A stretch of 64,000 nt of DNA from Myxococcales bacterium (lineage in GTDB: Bacteria > Myxococcota_A > UBA9160 > SMWR01): assembly GCA_022561775.1 (NCBI GenBank), contig JADFQO010000010.1, forward strand, positions 2,029-66,028. The letters run 5' to 3'. The position numbers were made by a program, and so were the translations under genes. Shown here piece after piece: positions 1 through 11,874 of this stretch. The notes below the pieces were generated by a model. The model saw nothing but the letters and a program-made list of their open reading frames with translations. It searched no databases and had not been told where the DNA came from. Numbering within the stretch: the stretch's first letter is position 1; the number at the start of each line of letters is the position of its first letter.

Positions 1-246
1 GTCGGCAATACCGAACACGAGAATCGGAGCATCGGCAAGGCGGGCCGCAATCGCTGGCGGGGGAAGCGGCCCAATGTACGAGGCGTCGCGATGAACCCGG
101 TCGACCACCCGATGGGCGGCGGAGAGGGGCGTTCATCGGGCGGGCGTCACCCGTGTACGCCGTGGGGCGTCCCGACCAAGGGTCACAAGACGCGCAAGAA
201 GTCGCGTTCGCAGAAGTACATCGTCAAGCGGCGGGGGAAGAAGTAA
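1..246 (+). CDS. rplB: 50S ribosomal protein L2, C-terminal fragment (gene begins upstream of window)
   Basis: Frame 1 reads ...[53 protein letters not shown], the conserved L2 C-terminus. Stop TAA 244-246 abuts the rpsS ATG at 247. Confidence 0.9.
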   Translation, partial: VGNTEHENRSIGKAGRNRWRGKRPNVRGVAMNPVDHPMGGGEGRSSGGRHPCTPWGVPTKGHKTRKKSRSQKYIVKRRGKK

Positions 247-525
247 ATGGCGCGATCGCTCAAGAAGGGGCCTTTCGTCGATCCGAGCTTGCAGCGCAAG
301 GTAGACAAGGCGACACAGACGGGTTCGAAGCAGGTGATACGAACCTGGTCGCGTCGATCGATGATTACGCCCGAATTCGTGGGTATGACGTTTCACGTTC
401 ACAACGGAAAGCTCTTTGTTCCCGTATTTGTAACCGAGAACATGGTCGGCCACCGCTTCGGCGAGTTCTCTCCGACGCGGAAATTCACCGGTCATGCGTC
501 GGATCGAAAAGTGAAGATGCGCTGA
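247..525 (+). CDS. rpsS: 30S ribosomal protein S19
   Basis: 92 aa, [12 protein letters not shown]...HNGK.F.PV.V...MVGH.FGEF..TR, the canonical S19 sequence. It sits in the expected L2-S19-L22 position. Confidence 0.97.
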   Translation: MARSLKKGPFVDPSLQRKVDKATQTGSKQVIRTWSRRSMITPEFVGMTFHVHNGKLFVPVFVTENMVGHRFGEFSPTRKFTGHASDRKVKMR

Positions 526-526
526 G

Positions 527-874
527 ATGGAACTCAAAGCGAAACTCAGGAATTACCGGGTCAGTGCGCGCAAGGCGCGCCTGCTCGCTGACGAGATCCG
601 CGGCAGGGGCGTCGAGGACGCATTGACCATTCTCGATCTGTCGAACAAGCGATTCGCCAAGCCGCTCGCAAAGCTCGTTCGATCCGCACTTGCGATTGCC
701 GAGGAAAGGAACGAGCGAGATCGAGCGGGGATCGACGTCGACAATCTCGTGGTGGACAGGATCATGGTAGATCAGGGCGCGAGCATGTGGCGGGTCCGGG
801 CCCGAGCGCAGGGGCGAGCGGCATGGATCCAGCGAAGGACGAGTCACGTATCCATCGTTCTGGCGGAACACTAG
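527..874 (+). CDS. rplV: 50S ribosomal protein L22
   Basis: 115 aa, N-terminus [23 protein letters not shown]-like. Position between S19 and S3. Confidence 0.95.
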   Translation: MELKAKLRNYRVSARKARLLADEIRGRGVEDALTILDLSNKRFAKPLAKLVRSALAIAEERNERDRAGIDVDNLVVDRIMVDQGASMWRVRARAQGRAAWIQRRTSHVSIVLAEH

Positions 875-906
875 TCGGCCGGCGGCCGAAACAGGGGCGG
901 AAAGTC

Positions 907-1590
907 TTGGGACAGAAGGTACATCCTTACGGATTTCGATTGGGCACCCTCTATGGGTGGCAGTCCAACTGGTTCGCGGAGCGCGGCTATTGCTCGCAGC
1001 TTCACGAGGACATCAAGATCCGCAAATTCATCAAGAAGAAGCTCTTTCACGCCGGGATTTCGAAGGTCGTCATCGACCGGACGGGTGAGAAGATCGTCGT
1101 GAACATCCACACGGCCCGCCCGGGAATCTTGATCGGAAAACGTGGCGCCGAAGTCGAGACTCTCCGCGAAGAACTGGGTGCGATGTCAGACAATAAGGAG
1201 ATCTTCATCAACATCCGGGAGATCAGGAAGGCCGAACTCGACGCACAACTCGTAGCCGAAGCGGTCGCGCTTCAGCTCGAGCGCCGAGTGGCTTTTCGCC
1301 GCGCGATGAAGAAGGCCGTGACCTCCACGATGAAGTTCGGCGCCGAAGGCGTGCGCCTTCAGTGCGCGGGACGTCTCGGTGGAGCGGAGATGGGTAGACG
1401 TGAATGGTACCGAGAAGGCCGTGTTCCGCTTCACACGCTTCGCGCCGAGATCGATTACGGGATGGCCGAGGCGAAGACGACCTACGGAATCATCGGAGTG
1501 AAGTGCTGGGTGTTCAAGGGAAACGTGGCGGACAAGGAGCTGCACAAGGGCTCCCTGGCACTTCGAAACGAAGAGGAGCCCGCGAGGTAG
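907..1590 (+). CDS. rpsC: 30S ribosomal protein S3
   Basis: The ORF track begins at 787, inside rplV. The conserved S3 N-terminus (M)[12 protein letters not shown] starts at TTG 907. KH and S3-C motifs follow. Confidence 0.92.
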   Translation: MGQKVHPYGFRLGTLYGWQSNWFAERGYCSQLHEDIKIRKFIKKKLFHAGISKVVIDRTGEKIVVNIHTARPGILIGKRGAEVETLREELGAMSDNKEIFINIREIRKAELDAQLVAEAVALQLERRVAFRRAMKKAVTSTMKFGAEGVRLQCAGRLGGAEMGRREWYREGRVPLHTLRAEIDYGMAEAKTTYGIIGVKCWVFKGNVADKELHKGSLALRNEEEPAR

Positions 1591-1593
1591 CCC

Positions 1594-2010
1594 ATGCTCC
1601 AGCCCAAGAAGGTAAAGCACCGCAAGCAGATGAAGGGTCGTAACCGCGGCACGGCGTCTCGCGGCACGAATCTGGATTTTGGCGATTATGGGCTGCAGGC
1701 GGTCGCCTGCCGTCGGATTACGGCCCGGCAGATCGAGGCAGCCCGGATCGCAATGACCCGTTATGTAAAGCGAGGAGGGAAGATCTGGATTCGGATCTTT
1801 CCCGACAAGCCAGTCTCCAAGAAGCCGGCGGAAACGCGGATGGGTAAGGGAAAGGGCAATCCCGAGGAATGGGTGGCCCTCATCAAGCCCGGTCGGATGA
1901 TGTACGAGATGGAAGGCGTCGACGAAGCGACTGCGCGTGAAGCGATGCGCCTCGCTTCCCACAAACTTCCGGTACGTACCCGGTTCGTGATGCGAAGAGA
2001 TGCGTCATGA
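1594..2010 (+). CDS. rplP: 50S ribosomal protein L16
   Basis: 138 aa, [19 protein letters not shown]..., canonical L16. Confidence 0.97.
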   Translation: MLQPKKVKHRKQMKGRNRGTASRGTNLDFGDYGLQAVACRRITARQIEAARIAMTRYVKRGGKIWIRIFPDKPVSKKPAETRMGKGKGNPEEWVALIKPGRMMYEMEGVDEATAREAMRLASHKLPVRTRFVMRRDAS

Positions 2011-2204
2011 AGCCGGCTGAAATCAGGGATCTTTCGTTGAATGAGTTGCAGACGAAGGCGCATGATCTTCGCAGCGAGGCGTTCAACATCCGGATCAAGC
2101 GTTCGACCGGTCAGCTGGAAAACACGGCGAGGATCAAGCAGCTTCGCCGCGACATTGCTCGCGTAGAAACAATCATGCGCGAGAAGCGCGAGGCGACGAA
2201 GTGA
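2007..2204 (+). CDS. rpmC: 50S ribosomal protein L29
   Basis: 65 aa, [17 protein letters not shown]...; 4-nt ATGA overlap with rplP. Confidence 0.95.
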   Translation: MKPAEIRDLSLNELQTKAHDLRSEAFNIRIKRSTGQLENTARIKQLRRDIARVETIMREKREATK

Positions 2205-2464
2205 AAAAACGAGGCATGCACCGAACACTCGTGGGGCAGGTCGTCAGCAACGCGATGGACAAGACGGTGGTCGTACGGGTAGAACGGCTCGTGCAGAATC
2301 CGCGATACAAGAAATATGTCCGTCGTTATTCGAAGTTCATGGCTCACGACGAAGCCAATGCATGCGAGGTCGGAGATCGCGTTCAGATCATCGAACACCG
2401 CCCGATCTCGAAGCATAAGCGCTGGATGGTACAAGAGACACTGTCCAAACCGGCTCGGGTCTGA
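2201..2464 (+). CDS. rpsQ: 30S ribosomal protein S17
   Basis: 87 aa, ...TLVGQVVSNAMDKTVVVRVERLVQNPRYKKYVRRYSKFMAHDE...; 4-nt overlap with rpmC. Confidence 0.95.
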   Translation: MKKRGMHRTLVGQVVSNAMDKTVVVRVERLVQNPRYKKYVRRYSKFMAHDEANACEVGDRVQIIEHRPISKHKRWMVQETLSKPARV

Positions 2465-2476
2465 CGGGAGAATCCG

Positions 2477-2845
2477 GTGATTCAGCAAGAGTCAGTACTC
2501 GAAGTCGCGGACAACTCCGGAGCGCGCAAGGTTGCGTGCATCCGTGTGCTCGGGGGATCCGGGCGGCGTTACGCGACGATTGGAGACATCATTGTGGTTG
2601 CGGTGAAGGATGCGATGCCAAACGCGAGGGTGAAGAAGGGCGAGATTTGCCGAGCGGTCGTCGTGCGTACATCCAAGAGCATTGGTCGGCCAGACGGCTC
2701 GTTCATCCGATTTGACGACAACGCCGCGGTACTGATCGATGCGCAGCGCGAACCTGTCGGCACCCGGATCTTCGGGCCTGTCGCTCGCGAACTGCGCTCG
2801 CGCCGGTTCATGAAGATCATTTCGCTGGCACCGGAGGTGCTCTAG
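2477..2845 (+). CDS. rplN: 50S ribosomal protein L14
   Basis: 122 aa, [26 protein letters not shown]...IISLAPEVL*, canonical L14. Confidence 0.97.
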   Translation: MIQQESVLEVADNSGARKVACIRVLGGSGRRYATIGDIIVVAVKDAMPNARVKKGEICRAVVVRTSKSIGRPDGSFIRFDDNAAVLIDAQREPVGTRIFGPVARELRSRRFMKIISLAPEVL

Positions 2846-3388
2846 ATGACTCCGCGATTGCTCGAGCGATATCGGGAGGTGGTCGTCCCGAAGCTGACCA
2901 AGGAATTCGCGTTCAAGAACGCGCACCAGGTGCCCACGATGACGAAGATCGTGGTCAACATGGGGCTCGGCGCAGCGGCGGCGAATCCCAAGCTGATCGA
3001 AAATGCGGCTAGCGAGCTTGCAATGATCACTGGTCAGAAGCCAGTGGTGCGCAAGGCCCGTAAGTCCGTCGCGAACTTCAAACTTCGCGAGGGGCAGGCT
3101 ATCGGTTGTTCGGTGACCCTGCGCGGAGCGCGCATGTGGGAATTTTTCGACCGCTTGATGAATGTCTCGCTTCCGAGGGTTCGAGACTTCAAGGGCCTGC
3201 CGCCGAAGGCTTTTGACGGCCGCGGCAACTACTCGCTCGGCATTCGGGAGCAGATCATCTTCCCGGAAGTTGACTACGACAAGATCGAGCATGTTACGGG
3301 GCTGAACGTCACGATCTGTACGACGGCGCGCAATGATGCAGAGGGGAGATCTCTCTTGACCCATCTTGGCGTGCCGTTTCGGCAGTGA
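2846..3388 (+). CDS. rplE: 50S ribosomal protein L5
   Basis: 180 aa, ...[35 protein letters not shown]...; the ATG directly follows the L14 stop, with no L24 gene between. Confidence 0.97.
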   Translation: MTPRLLERYREVVVPKLTKEFAFKNAHQVPTMTKIVVNMGLGAAAANPKLIENAASELAMITGQKPVVRKARKSVANFKLREGQAIGCSVTLRGARMWEFFDRLMNVSLPRVRDFKGLPPKAFDGRGNYSLGIREQIIFPEVDYDKIEHVTGLNVTICTTARNDAEGRSLLTHLGVPFRQ

Positions 3389-3413
3389 AAAGGGCGAGGC
3401 GGATGAAAACATC

Positions 3414-3809
3414 ATGATGACTGACCCGATCAGCGACATGTTGACTCGGATTCGGAATGCGGGCATTGCTCGACTGGACCAGACGAAGTGTCCGTTTTCG
3501 AAACAAAAGCTGGCCATCGCGAAGGTTCTCGAAGAAGCGGGCTTCATTGGGGGCGTTCGCACCGAGTCTCATCAAGGACATCCGACTCTGGTGGTGGCCA
3601 TTCGTTACGACGATTACGGGAAGCCGCTGATCGATGGACTTCGGCGGGTGAGCAAGCCCGGTCGCCGGGTCTACGTCGGCGCGCGCGAGGTCCCGAAGGT
3701 TCGCAATGGCCTCGGTATTTCGGTGATCTCGACTTCGAAGGGGATCTTGTCGGATGAAGCTGCGCGAGAGGCTTCCATCGGCGGCGAAGTCGTATGTGAG
3801 GTTTGGTAG
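3414..3809 (+). CDS. rpsH: 30S ribosomal protein S8
   Basis: The conserved N-terminus MMTDPISDMLTRIRNA begins at ATG 3414 (ORF track starts at 3366). It lies 25 nt after rplE, with no S14 gene between. Confidence 0.95.
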   Translation: MMTDPISDMLTRIRNAGIARLDQTKCPFSKQKLAIAKVLEEAGFIGGVRTESHQGHPTLVVAIRYDDYGKPLIDGLRRVSKPGRRVYVGAREVPKVRNGLGISVISTSKGILSDEAAREASIGGEVVCEVW

Positions 3810-3811
3810 GG

Positions 3812-4357
3812 ATGTCGCGAATAGGCAAAGCTCCGGTTGCAATTCCCGACGGTGTAACGGTGGATCGCGTTGGAGACGAGATCCGGGTGAAGGGCCCGAA
3901 AGGATCGCTTTCCGAACGAATGCCGGACAGCATCGACATCACGATCGAGAATTCAGAGATCGTCTTCGAACGGCCCGACAACCGACGGAATAACCGGGAG
4001 CTACACGGGCTCGCGAGGGCGCTCGTCGCCAACATGGTGCACGGCGTCACACAGCCATTCGTGAAGGAACTCGAGATCCAGGGTATCGGATACCGCGCAG
4101 AGGTGGACGCGAAGGTGCTGAAGTTGAACGTCGGCTACTCGCATCCCGTCGACATGCCGATTCCCGAGGGCCTCAAGGTTTCGGTGGACCGTAACGTGTT
4201 CGTGCGGATCGAAGGAGCCAGCGTTCAAAAGGTCGGCCAGTTTGCTGCGAATATCCGGTCCGTGAGGCCTCCGGAGCCCTATAAGGGCAAGGGCATCCGC
4301 TACCTGGGCGAGCGGGTTCGACGTAAGGTCGGAAAGGCCGGAGTGGCGGCAGTGTGA
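3812..4357 (+). CDS. rplF: 50S ribosomal protein L6
   Basis: MSRIGKAPVAIPDGV... starts at ATG 3812, with GAGG about 10 nt upstream (ORF track TTG 3803). Confidence 0.95.
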   Translation: MSRIGKAPVAIPDGVTVDRVGDEIRVKGPKGSLSERMPDSIDITIENSEIVFERPDNRRNNRELHGLARALVANMVHGVTQPFVKELEIQGIGYRAEVDAKVLKLNVGYSHPVDMPIPEGLKVSVDRNVFVRIEGASVQKVGQFAANIRSVRPPEPYKGKGIRYLGERVRRKVGKAGVAAV

Positions 4358-4364
4358 GGTTGCG

Positions 4365-4736
4365 GTGAAGCGAAAAATCGAGAACGCAAAAGTGCGGGCC
4401 TGGGTCGGCCGGCGCGCTCGCACGCAGCGAAAGGTCGAGGGTTCCGATCGCCCGAGGCTAACCGTGTATCGCAGCGCGAAGCACATCTACGCTCAAATCG
4501 CGGAAGCCGAAACCGGTCAAACGATCATGACGGTGTCATCCCGATCGAAGCGACTGATGGGGGACGCGGCGGCCACGGGAAACGTGGAGGCGGCGAAGAT
4601 CGTCGGGAAGGCGATTGCGGCGGCTGCGCTCGAGAAGAAGATCGACCGGGTCGTGTTCAACAGAAACGGATTTCTCTATCACGGACGGGTGAAGGCACTT
4701 GCGGAGGCCGCGCGCGAAGCCGGCCTTCAGTTCTGA
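4365..4736 (+). CDS. rplR: 50S ribosomal protein L18
   Basis: 123 aa, GTG start, ...RPRLTVYRSAKHIYAQI...FNRNGFLYHGRVKALAEAAREAGLQF. Confidence 0.95.
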   Translation: MKRKIENAKVRAWVGRRARTQRKVEGSDRPRLTVYRSAKHIYAQIAEAETGQTIMTVSSRSKRLMGDAAATGNVEAAKIVGKAIAAAALEKKIDRVVFNRNGFLYHGRVKALAEAAREAGLQF

Positions 4737-4773
4737 GCCCATGCGAAATTCAGCTCAAGGGTGATGCCAACCG

Positions 4774-5262
4774 ATGCATAACGAGCAGATCAACCCCAAC
4801 AATTACGAATTGACGGATCGTGTGGTTCACATCAACCGCGTGGCCAAGGTCGTGAAGGGTGGCCGGCGCTTCAGCTTCAGTGCGCTGGTCGTCGTCGGCG
4901 ACGGCGACGGCGTCGTCGGCGCGGGTTACGGCAAGGCGGGGGAGGTTCCCGAGGCGATTCGCAAGGCGATCGAGCGGGCGCGCATGTCGTTGCTACGCGT
5001 CCCTCTGATCGAAGGAACGCTGCCTCACGAAATCATCGGGCGCTTCGGGGCCGCCAAGGTGCTGCTGCGGCCAGCATCCTCGGGAACCGGTGTGATCGCC
5101 GGTGGTCCGGTTCGCGCCGTGCTCGAGAGCGCGGGTGTGAAGGACGTCCTGACCAAGACCTTGGGAACGAACAATCCCAACAACGTGGTTCGCGCGACGA
5201 TGACGGCACTCGAGGAACTCCGAGATCCCGTTGAGCGCAAGCGCCAGCTGGGGCGGGCATGA
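4774..5262 (+). CDS. rpsE: 30S ribosomal protein S5
   Basis: 162 aa, ...[48 protein letters not shown]... Confidence 0.96.
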   Translation: MHNEQINPNNYELTDRVVHINRVAKVVKGGRRFSFSALVVVGDGDGVVGAGYGKAGEVPEAIRKAIERARMSLLRVPLIEGTLPHEIIGRFGAAKVLLRPASSGTGVIAGGPVRAVLESAGVKDVLTKTLGTNNPNNVVRATMTALEELRDPVERKRQLGRA

Positions 5263-5447
5263 GTGCCAAAGGCCGAGTCAAGGTTCGCTGGGTTCGCAGT
5301 GCGATCGGGTTCAATCGCAAGCAACGGGCGACTCTGGTCGGTCTCGGCTTGAAGCGACTCAATCAAGCGGTCGAGTTGGAGGATACGCCGGCCGTTCGCG
5401 GGATGATCGAAAAGGTGATTCACCTCGTCGTCGTGGAGGACGGCTGA
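5259..5447 (+). CDS. rpmD: 50S ribosomal protein L30
   Basis: 62 aa, ...[48 protein letters not shown]. Confidence 0.93.
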   Translation: MSAKGRVKVRWVRSAIGFNRKQRATLVGLGLKRLNQAVELEDTPAVRGMIEKVIHLVVVEDG

Positions 5448-5886
5448 TGCTCGACCGACTAGCGCCGCCCGCGGGAGCCACGAGGCCGGCCAAGCGGGTC
5501 GGCCGGGGGCCGGGTTCCGGCACGGGCAAGACCTCGGGGCGCGGGGAGAAGGGCCAGGGAAAGCGCTCGGCGGGCCGGGCGACTCCGTTCTGGTTCGAGG
5601 GTGGTCAGATGCCGCTGGTGCGGCGACTGCCCAAGCGCGGTTTCTTCAACCTGAATCGCGTCGCGTTCCAAATCGTGAATGTCGGCGTGCTTTCGGTCTT
5701 CAAGGCCGGTTCGACGGTGGACGCCGAGGTGCTGCTCGCGCATGGGATGATCCGGCGCAATGGCGGCGGCGTCAAGATTCTCGCCCAGGGTGAAGCGCCG
5801 AAGAACCTGACACTGAGGGTCCAGCGCGTGAGCAGTAGTGCGCGCAAGAAGATCGAAGAAGCGGGTGGGAGCGTAGAACTGATCAA

Positions 5887-5890
<4 letters not shown>
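5447..5890 (+). CDS. rplO: 50S ribosomal protein L15
   Basis: [37 protein letters not shown]... from ATG 5447. The upstream part of ORF 5231 is out of context. Confidence 0.93.
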
Positions 5891-7196
<1,306 letters not shown>

Positions 7197-7197
<1 letters not shown>

Positions 7198-7766
7198 TGA
7201 GCGCGCGGCGAATGCTGCTGCTCGGTCCGCCGGGGGCCGGCAAGGGCACGCAGGCCCTCCGGCTGGCCGCGAAGCTCGGGATACCGCAAATCTCCACCGG
7301 GGATATGCTGCGCGAGGCCGTCGCGGCCGGAACGGACGTCGGGCGACAGGCCCAGGGTTACATGGACCGCGGAGAGCTGGTGCCCGATGCGGTCGTGATC
7401 GGGGTGGCCGAAGAGCGGCTCTCGCAAGGCGACGCCGAGTCGGGTTTCGTGCTCGATGGATTTCCGCGCACCGCAGCCCAGGCCGAGGCCCTGGACGCGC
7501 TGTTGGCGCGGATGGGCACGAACCTCGAGCGCTGCGTCGCGCTCGTCGCGGACGAGGACTCGCTGGTGGCCCGCCTGCTCGGGCGGGCGCAGATCGAGGG
7601 GCGAAGCGACGACAGCGAAGAGACGATCCGGACCCGAATGGGCGTCTACCGCGCTCAGACGGCGCCGCTGGTCGACTATTACCGGAAGCGCGGGATCCTC
7701 GGCGAAGTAGATGGGCTCGGGAGCATCGAGGAGGTTGCCAAGCGGATCGAAGAGGCACTGAGCTGA
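7197..7766 (+). CDS. adk: Adenylate kinase (short-lid type)
   Basis: MSARRMLLLGPPGAGKGTQA P-loop; the start ATG overlaps the secY stop (TAATG). No Cys4 zinc lid. Confidence 0.95.
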
Positions 7767-8554
7767 TGGCTTTCGGAGAGCAGATTCCGATCAAGACCCG
7801 CCGCGAGATCGAGCTCATGCGTGAGGCGACCCGGCACGTCGCCGAGATCCTGCTCGAACTCCGGGATCTCGTGGTCGACGGCGTGAGCACCGCCGAACTC
7901 GACCAGCACGCGGCGCGGGCGATCGAGGAGCGAGGTGTCGAATCGTCCTTCAAGGGCTACGATCCCGGCGGCTTGCCCAGCTACCCGGCCGTTCTCTGCG
8001 TTTCGGTGAATGACGAGATCGTCCACGGAATCCCCGGATCCCGCGTTCTCAAGGAAGGGGACATCGTGGGTCTGGATTTCGGTGTGTCGGTAGAGGGCTA
8101 TCACGGCGACTCTGCGGTCACGGTGCCGGTCGGCGAAATCCGCCCGGAAGTCCAGAAGCTCCTGGACGTGACCCGAGATTCGCTCAACCGCGGGATCGAC
8201 GCCGTGCGGGCTGGGAATCGCCTGTCGGACATCGGGCACGCGGTGCAAGAGCGCGTGGAAAAAGAGGAGTACTCGGTCGTCCGAACCTTTGCGGGGCACG
8301 GGATCGGCCGCAAATTGCACGAGCCCCCGTGGATCCCGAACTACGGGGCACCCTCGCGCGGGCCCCGCTTGTTGCCCGGGATGGTGCTGGCGATCGAGCC
8401 GATGGTGAACGCAGGCGGACCGGGTGTACGGATGTTGGACGACGAGTGGACGGCCGTGACCGAAGACGGTTCACTCTCCGCCCACTTTGAACACACGGTG
8501 CTGGTAATGGAAAACGGTCCGGAGATCCTGACCAGGATCTCGGGGTCGCACTAG
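7766..8554 (+). CDS. map: Methionine aminopeptidase type I
   Basis: The start overlaps the adk stop (TGATG). Metal-ligand blocks are present: GDIVGLD, GYHGDS, FAGHGIG, LAIEPM, HFEHTV. Confidence 0.95.
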   Translation: MAFGEQIPIKTRREIELMREATRHVAEILLELRDLVVDGVSTAELDQHAARAIEERGVESSFKGYDPGGLPSYPAVLCVSVNDEIVHGIPGSRVLKEGDIVGLDFGVSVEGYHGDSAVTVPVGEIRPEVQKLLDVTRDSLNRGIDAVRAGNRLSDIGHAVQERVEKEEYSVVRTFAGHGIGRKLHEPPWIPNYGAPSRGPRLLPGMVLAIEPMVNAGGPGVRMLDDEWTAVTEDGSLSAHFEHTVLVMENGPEILTRISGSH

Positions 8555-8572
8555 GGATTGGAGAGAGCAGCG

Positions 8573-8686
8573 ATGAAGGTTCGAGCATCCGTGCGGAAGA
8601 TGTGTAGTAAGTGCCGGATCATTCGCCGCCGCGGCGTGGTTCGCGTCCTCTGCGAGAACCCGAAGCACAAGCAGCGGCAAGGCTAG
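8573..8686 (+). CDS. rpmJ: 50S ribosomal protein L36
   Basis: Not in the ORF track (37 aa). Hand translation gives [37 protein letters not shown], canonical L36 with its zinc ribbon. Confidence 0.9.
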   Translation: MKVRASVRKMCSKCRIIRRRGVVRVLCENPKHKQRQG

Positions 8687-8697
8687 GAGGCACAGAC

Positions 8698-9081
8698 ATG
8701 GCACGAATCGCCGGCGTAGATCTGCCTCGCAGCAAGAGGCTCGAGATTGCGCTGACCTACATCTACGGCATCGGCCGCACCACAGCACGAGAGATCTGCG
8801 GGAAGGCGGAGATCGATCCGGACTCCAAGACGGACGTTCTCTCCGATGGCGAGGTGGTGCGGATACGCGAGATCATCGAACGAGACTGCAAGGTCGAGGG
8901 CGACCTTCGTCGGGAAGTCTCGCAGAACATCAAGATGTTGATGGATATCGGATGCTACCGCGGTCTGCGTCACCGCCGAGGATTGCCGGTGAGAGGACAG
9001 CGTACACACACCAATGCACGGACCCGGAAGGGCCCGAAGAAGACCGTCGCCGGCAAGAAGAAGACGCTGGCGAAGAAGTGA
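8698..9081 (+). CDS. rpsM: 30S ribosomal protein S13
   Basis: [30 protein letters not shown]... from ATG 8698. Confidence 0.96.
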   Translation: MARIAGVDLPRSKRLEIALTYIYGIGRTTAREICGKAEIDPDSKTDVLSDGEVVRIREIIERDCKVEGDLRREVSQNIKMLMDIGCYRGLRHRRGLPVRGQRTHTNARTRKGPKKTVAGKKKTLAKK

Positions 9082-9106
9082 AACTCTTTGAAGAAGGTGG
9101 CCTGAG

Positions 9107-9487
9107 TTGAAGAAAGGTGCTCGAAAGAAGGTAAAGAAGAACATTCAGACCGGAATTGCGCACATCCAGTCGACGTTCAACAACACCATGATCACGATCA
9201 CGGACGTTTCCGGGAATACACTGTGCTGGTCGACGGCGGGTGGCCAGGGTTTCAAGGGTTCGAGGAAGTCGACGCCCTTCGCGGCCCAGGTCGCTGCCGA
9301 AGAGTGTTCGAAGAAGGCCATGGAGCACGGGATTCGGCAGCTTTCGATCTACGTAAAAGGCCCCGGTTCGGGTCGGGAGTCGGCGGTGCGGGCGCTGCAG
9401 GCTGCGGGAATCAAGATCACCTTGATACGGGATGTCACACCGGTCCCGCACAACGGCTGTCGCCCTCCCAAGAGGCGAAGGGTCTAG
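9107..9487 (+). CDS. rpsK: 30S ribosomal protein S11
   Basis: 126 aa, ...[22 protein letters not shown]...[36 protein letters not shown]. Confidence 0.96.
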   Translation: MKKGARKKVKKNIQTGIAHIQSTFNNTMITITDVSGNTLCWSTAGGQGFKGSRKSTPFAAQVAAEECSKKAMEHGIRQLSIYVKGPGSGRESAVRALQAAGIKITLIRDVTPVPHNGCRPPKRRRV

Positions 9488-9496
9488 GAGGAGCGG

Positions 9497-10123
9497 ATGG
9501 CTCGATACAATGATGCGGTTTGTCGCCTCTGCCGGCGCGAGGGAACGAAGCTCTTCCTGAAGGGCGATCGTTGCTTCAGTGCGAAGTGCGGAATCGAGCG
9601 CCGAGCGTATCCACCGGGCCAGCACGGCCAGGGCAGGGCGCGGTTTTCGGATTACGGGGTGCAGCTGCGCGAGCAACAGAAGGTCAAGCGGATGTACGGC
9701 CTGCTGGAGAAGCAGTTCGCGGAGACGATGAACCGGGCCTCGCGCATGAAGGGGCGGGCGGGAGAAAATCTGCTGATTCTCCTCGAGCGACGCTTGGACA
9801 ACGTGGTCTTCAGGATGGGTTTTTCGACATCTCGTGCTGAGGCGCGTCAGCTCGTGAGGCACGGCCACTTCCTCATCAATGGTCGTCGCGCAAGTATTCC
9901 GTCGATGCTCGTCAAGCCCGGAGCCGTGGTTTCGGTTGCCGAAAAATCGCGCAAGATTGTGCGAATCGCGGGAGCGCTCGAAACGCTGGAGAGTCGCAGC
10001 GTCCCTCAGTGGGTGGAAATCAACAAGGAAGACTTTGAAGGTACCGTGAAGTCGCTGCCTGTTCGCGGAGACATCACGATGCCGATTCAGGAACAGCTGA
10101 TCGTCGAGTGGTACTCGCGCTGA
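9497..10123 (+). CDS. rpsD: 30S ribosomal protein S4
   Basis: 208 aa, [26 protein letters not shown]... with an S4 RNA-binding domain. Confidence 0.96.
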   Translation: MARYNDAVCRLCRREGTKLFLKGDRCFSAKCGIERRAYPPGQHGQGRARFSDYGVQLREQQKVKRMYGLLEKQFAETMNRASRMKGRAGENLLILLERRLDNVVFRMGFSTSRAEARQLVRHGHFLINGRRASIPSMLVKPGAVVSVAEKSRKIVRIAGALETLESRSVPQWVEINKEDFEGTVKSLPVRGDITMPIQEQLIVEWYSR

Positions 10124-10157
10124 TCGCTCCGAAACAGTCGGATTGGGGGTATTGACC

Positions 10158-11180
10158 ATGCAAGAGCAACTGGTCGCAAGAAATTGGCGTGAACTGATTC
10201 GTCCTCGAACGCTCGAGTCGAGCGATTCCGAGATGGGCCGCTACGGGAAGTTTTCCTGCGAGCCGCTCGAGCGCGGCTTCGGCACCACGCTGGGCAACGC
10301 GCTTCGCCGCGTGCTTCTCTCGTCCCTTCAGGGGGCGGCGATCACGTCTGTCCGCGTCGAAGGTGTGATGCACGAATTTTCGACCGTGCCGGGAGTGATG
10401 GAAGACATGTCCGATGTCGTCCTCAACCTCAAGGAGGTCCGGCTTCGGGTTCACTCCGACGAACAGAAGTTGCTGCGCATCCACCCCAAGGGCGCGGGGA
10501 TCTTGACGGCGGGCGACCTGGTCGCCGAGCATCCTTCTGTCGAGGTTCTCAACCCGCAGCAGAAGATCGCAACCCTCTCTGCGGAAGCCGACGTCGAGAT
10601 GGAACTCACCGTCGGCGTAGGCAAGGGCTATCGACCGGCGGAAGCAAACAAGAGCGAAGACATGCCGATCGGAACGATTCCGATCGATTCGATCTTCTCG
10701 CCAGTTCGCCGGGTAAACTACGTGGTGACTCCCGCTCGCGTGGGGCGCGACACGGACTTCGACAAGCTCACGCTCGAAGTCTGGACCGATGGAGCCCTTG
10801 CACCGGTAGACGCGTTGGCGTACGCAGCCAAGATCCTCAAGGAGCAGCTCGCAATCTTCATCAACTTCGATGAGCCGGTCGAGTCCGCGATTCCGGTCGC
10901 CGACGAGCCCGCGCCTTTGAACCCCAACCTCTTCAGGTCCGTCGATGAGTTGGAGCTTTCGGTGCGATCGGCCAACTGTCTGCAGAACGCCAACATCCGT
11001 TACATCGGCGAACTGGTGCAGAGGACCGAAGCGGAGATGCTCAAGACCAAGAACTTCGGGCGGAAGTCCCTCAACGAGATCAAGGAATTGCTCACGTCGA
11101 TGGGTCTCGAGTTGGGAACGGTGCTGGACAATTTCCCGGATCGTCAGGAACTCGAAAGAATTCGGGAGCGCGAGTCGTAG
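10158..11180 (+). CDS. rpoA: DNA-directed RNA polymerase alpha subunit
   Basis: NTD and CTD blocks are present ([17 protein letters not shown]; [22 protein letters not shown]). The probable ATG is 10158, preceded by GGGGG (ORF track 10143). Confidence 0.95.
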   Translation: MQEQLVARNWRELIRPRTLESSDSEMGRYGKFSCEPLERGFGTTLGNALRRVLLSSLQGAAITSVRVEGVMHEFSTVPGVMEDMSDVVLNLKEVRLRVHSDEQKLLRIHPKGAGILTAGDLVAEHPSVEVLNPQQKIATLSAEADVEMELTVGVGKGYRPAEANKSEDMPIGTIPIDSIFSPVRRVNYVVTPARVGRDTDFDKLTLEVWTDGALAPVDALAYAAKILKEQLAIFINFDEPVESAIPVADEPAPLNPNLFRSVDELELSVRSANCLQNANIRYIGELVQRTEAEMLKTKNFGRKSLNEIKELLTSMGLELGTVLDNFPDRQELERIRERES

Positions 11181-11181
11181 T

Positions 11182-11874
11182 ATGCGGCATCGAGTCAAGG
11201 CGGGAGTTCTAGGGCGGTCGGCGTCTCACCGGGCGGCGATGTACCGGAATTTGGTCACTTCGCTCTTCGAGCACGAGCGGGTCAGAACGACCGACGCGAA
11301 GGCCAAGGGCGTTCGCAGCCTCGCGGAGAAGATGATCACGTTGGGCAAGCGGGGAGACCTGCACGCCCGGCGGCGCGCACTGCGCGTCATTCGCCGCCGG
11401 GAAGTCGCCGCAAAGGTCTTCGACGATCTGGCCGAGCGCTATCGGGATCGACCGGGCGGCTACACGCGCATCGTGAAGCTCGGGATGCGATCTGGAGACG
11501 CGGCGTCGATGTCCATCATCGAGCTCGTCGAGGCCGGCACGCTCACGGGCCACGCGCCGACGGCGGGCAAGAAGGTTGGCGCGAAGGTGGCCGCAAAGAC
11601 CGGCGCGAAGGCGGCTAAGCAAGCGGGCGCGAAGGCCACCGAGAAGACCGCCGGGAAGGCGGCCGCAAAAGCCGAGGCCGAGACCAAGAAGGCAGCCGCG
11701 AAGAAAGCGCCGAAGAAGAAGGCGGCCGCGAAGAAAGCGCCAAAGAAGAAGACGGCCGCCAAGAAGGACTCCGAGACGGCCAGCAAGAAGAAGGCTTCTG
11801 CCAAGAAGAAGGCCTCTGCCAAGACGAAGGCCACGGCGAAGAAGAAGGCGGTACGCAAAAAGAAGACGGACTGA
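11182..11874 (+). CDS. rplQ: 50S ribosomal protein L17 with a long Lys/Ala-rich C-terminal extension
   Basis: [42 protein letters not shown]... is the L17 core (~118 aa). It is followed by ~112 aa of AKK/KKA-rich low-complexity sequence. Confidence 0.9.
   Translation: MRHRVKAGVLGRSASHRAAMYRNLVTSLFEHERVRTTDAKAKGVRSLAEKMITLGKRGDLHARRRALRVIRRREVAAKVFDDLAERYRDRPGGYTRIVKLGMRSGDAASMSIIELVEAGTLTGHAPTAGKKVGAKVAAKTGAKAAKQAGAKATEKTAGKAAAKAEAETKKAAAKKAPKKKAAAKKAPKKKTAAKKDSETASKKKASAKKKASAKTKATAKKKAVRKKKTD

Noticed and set aside
8555-8697. Absence of infA between map and rpmJ
   Set aside because: The placement of infA is variable among bacteria (E. coli, for example, has it elsewhere). Unlike the L24/S14 gap, this is not a meaningful anomaly.
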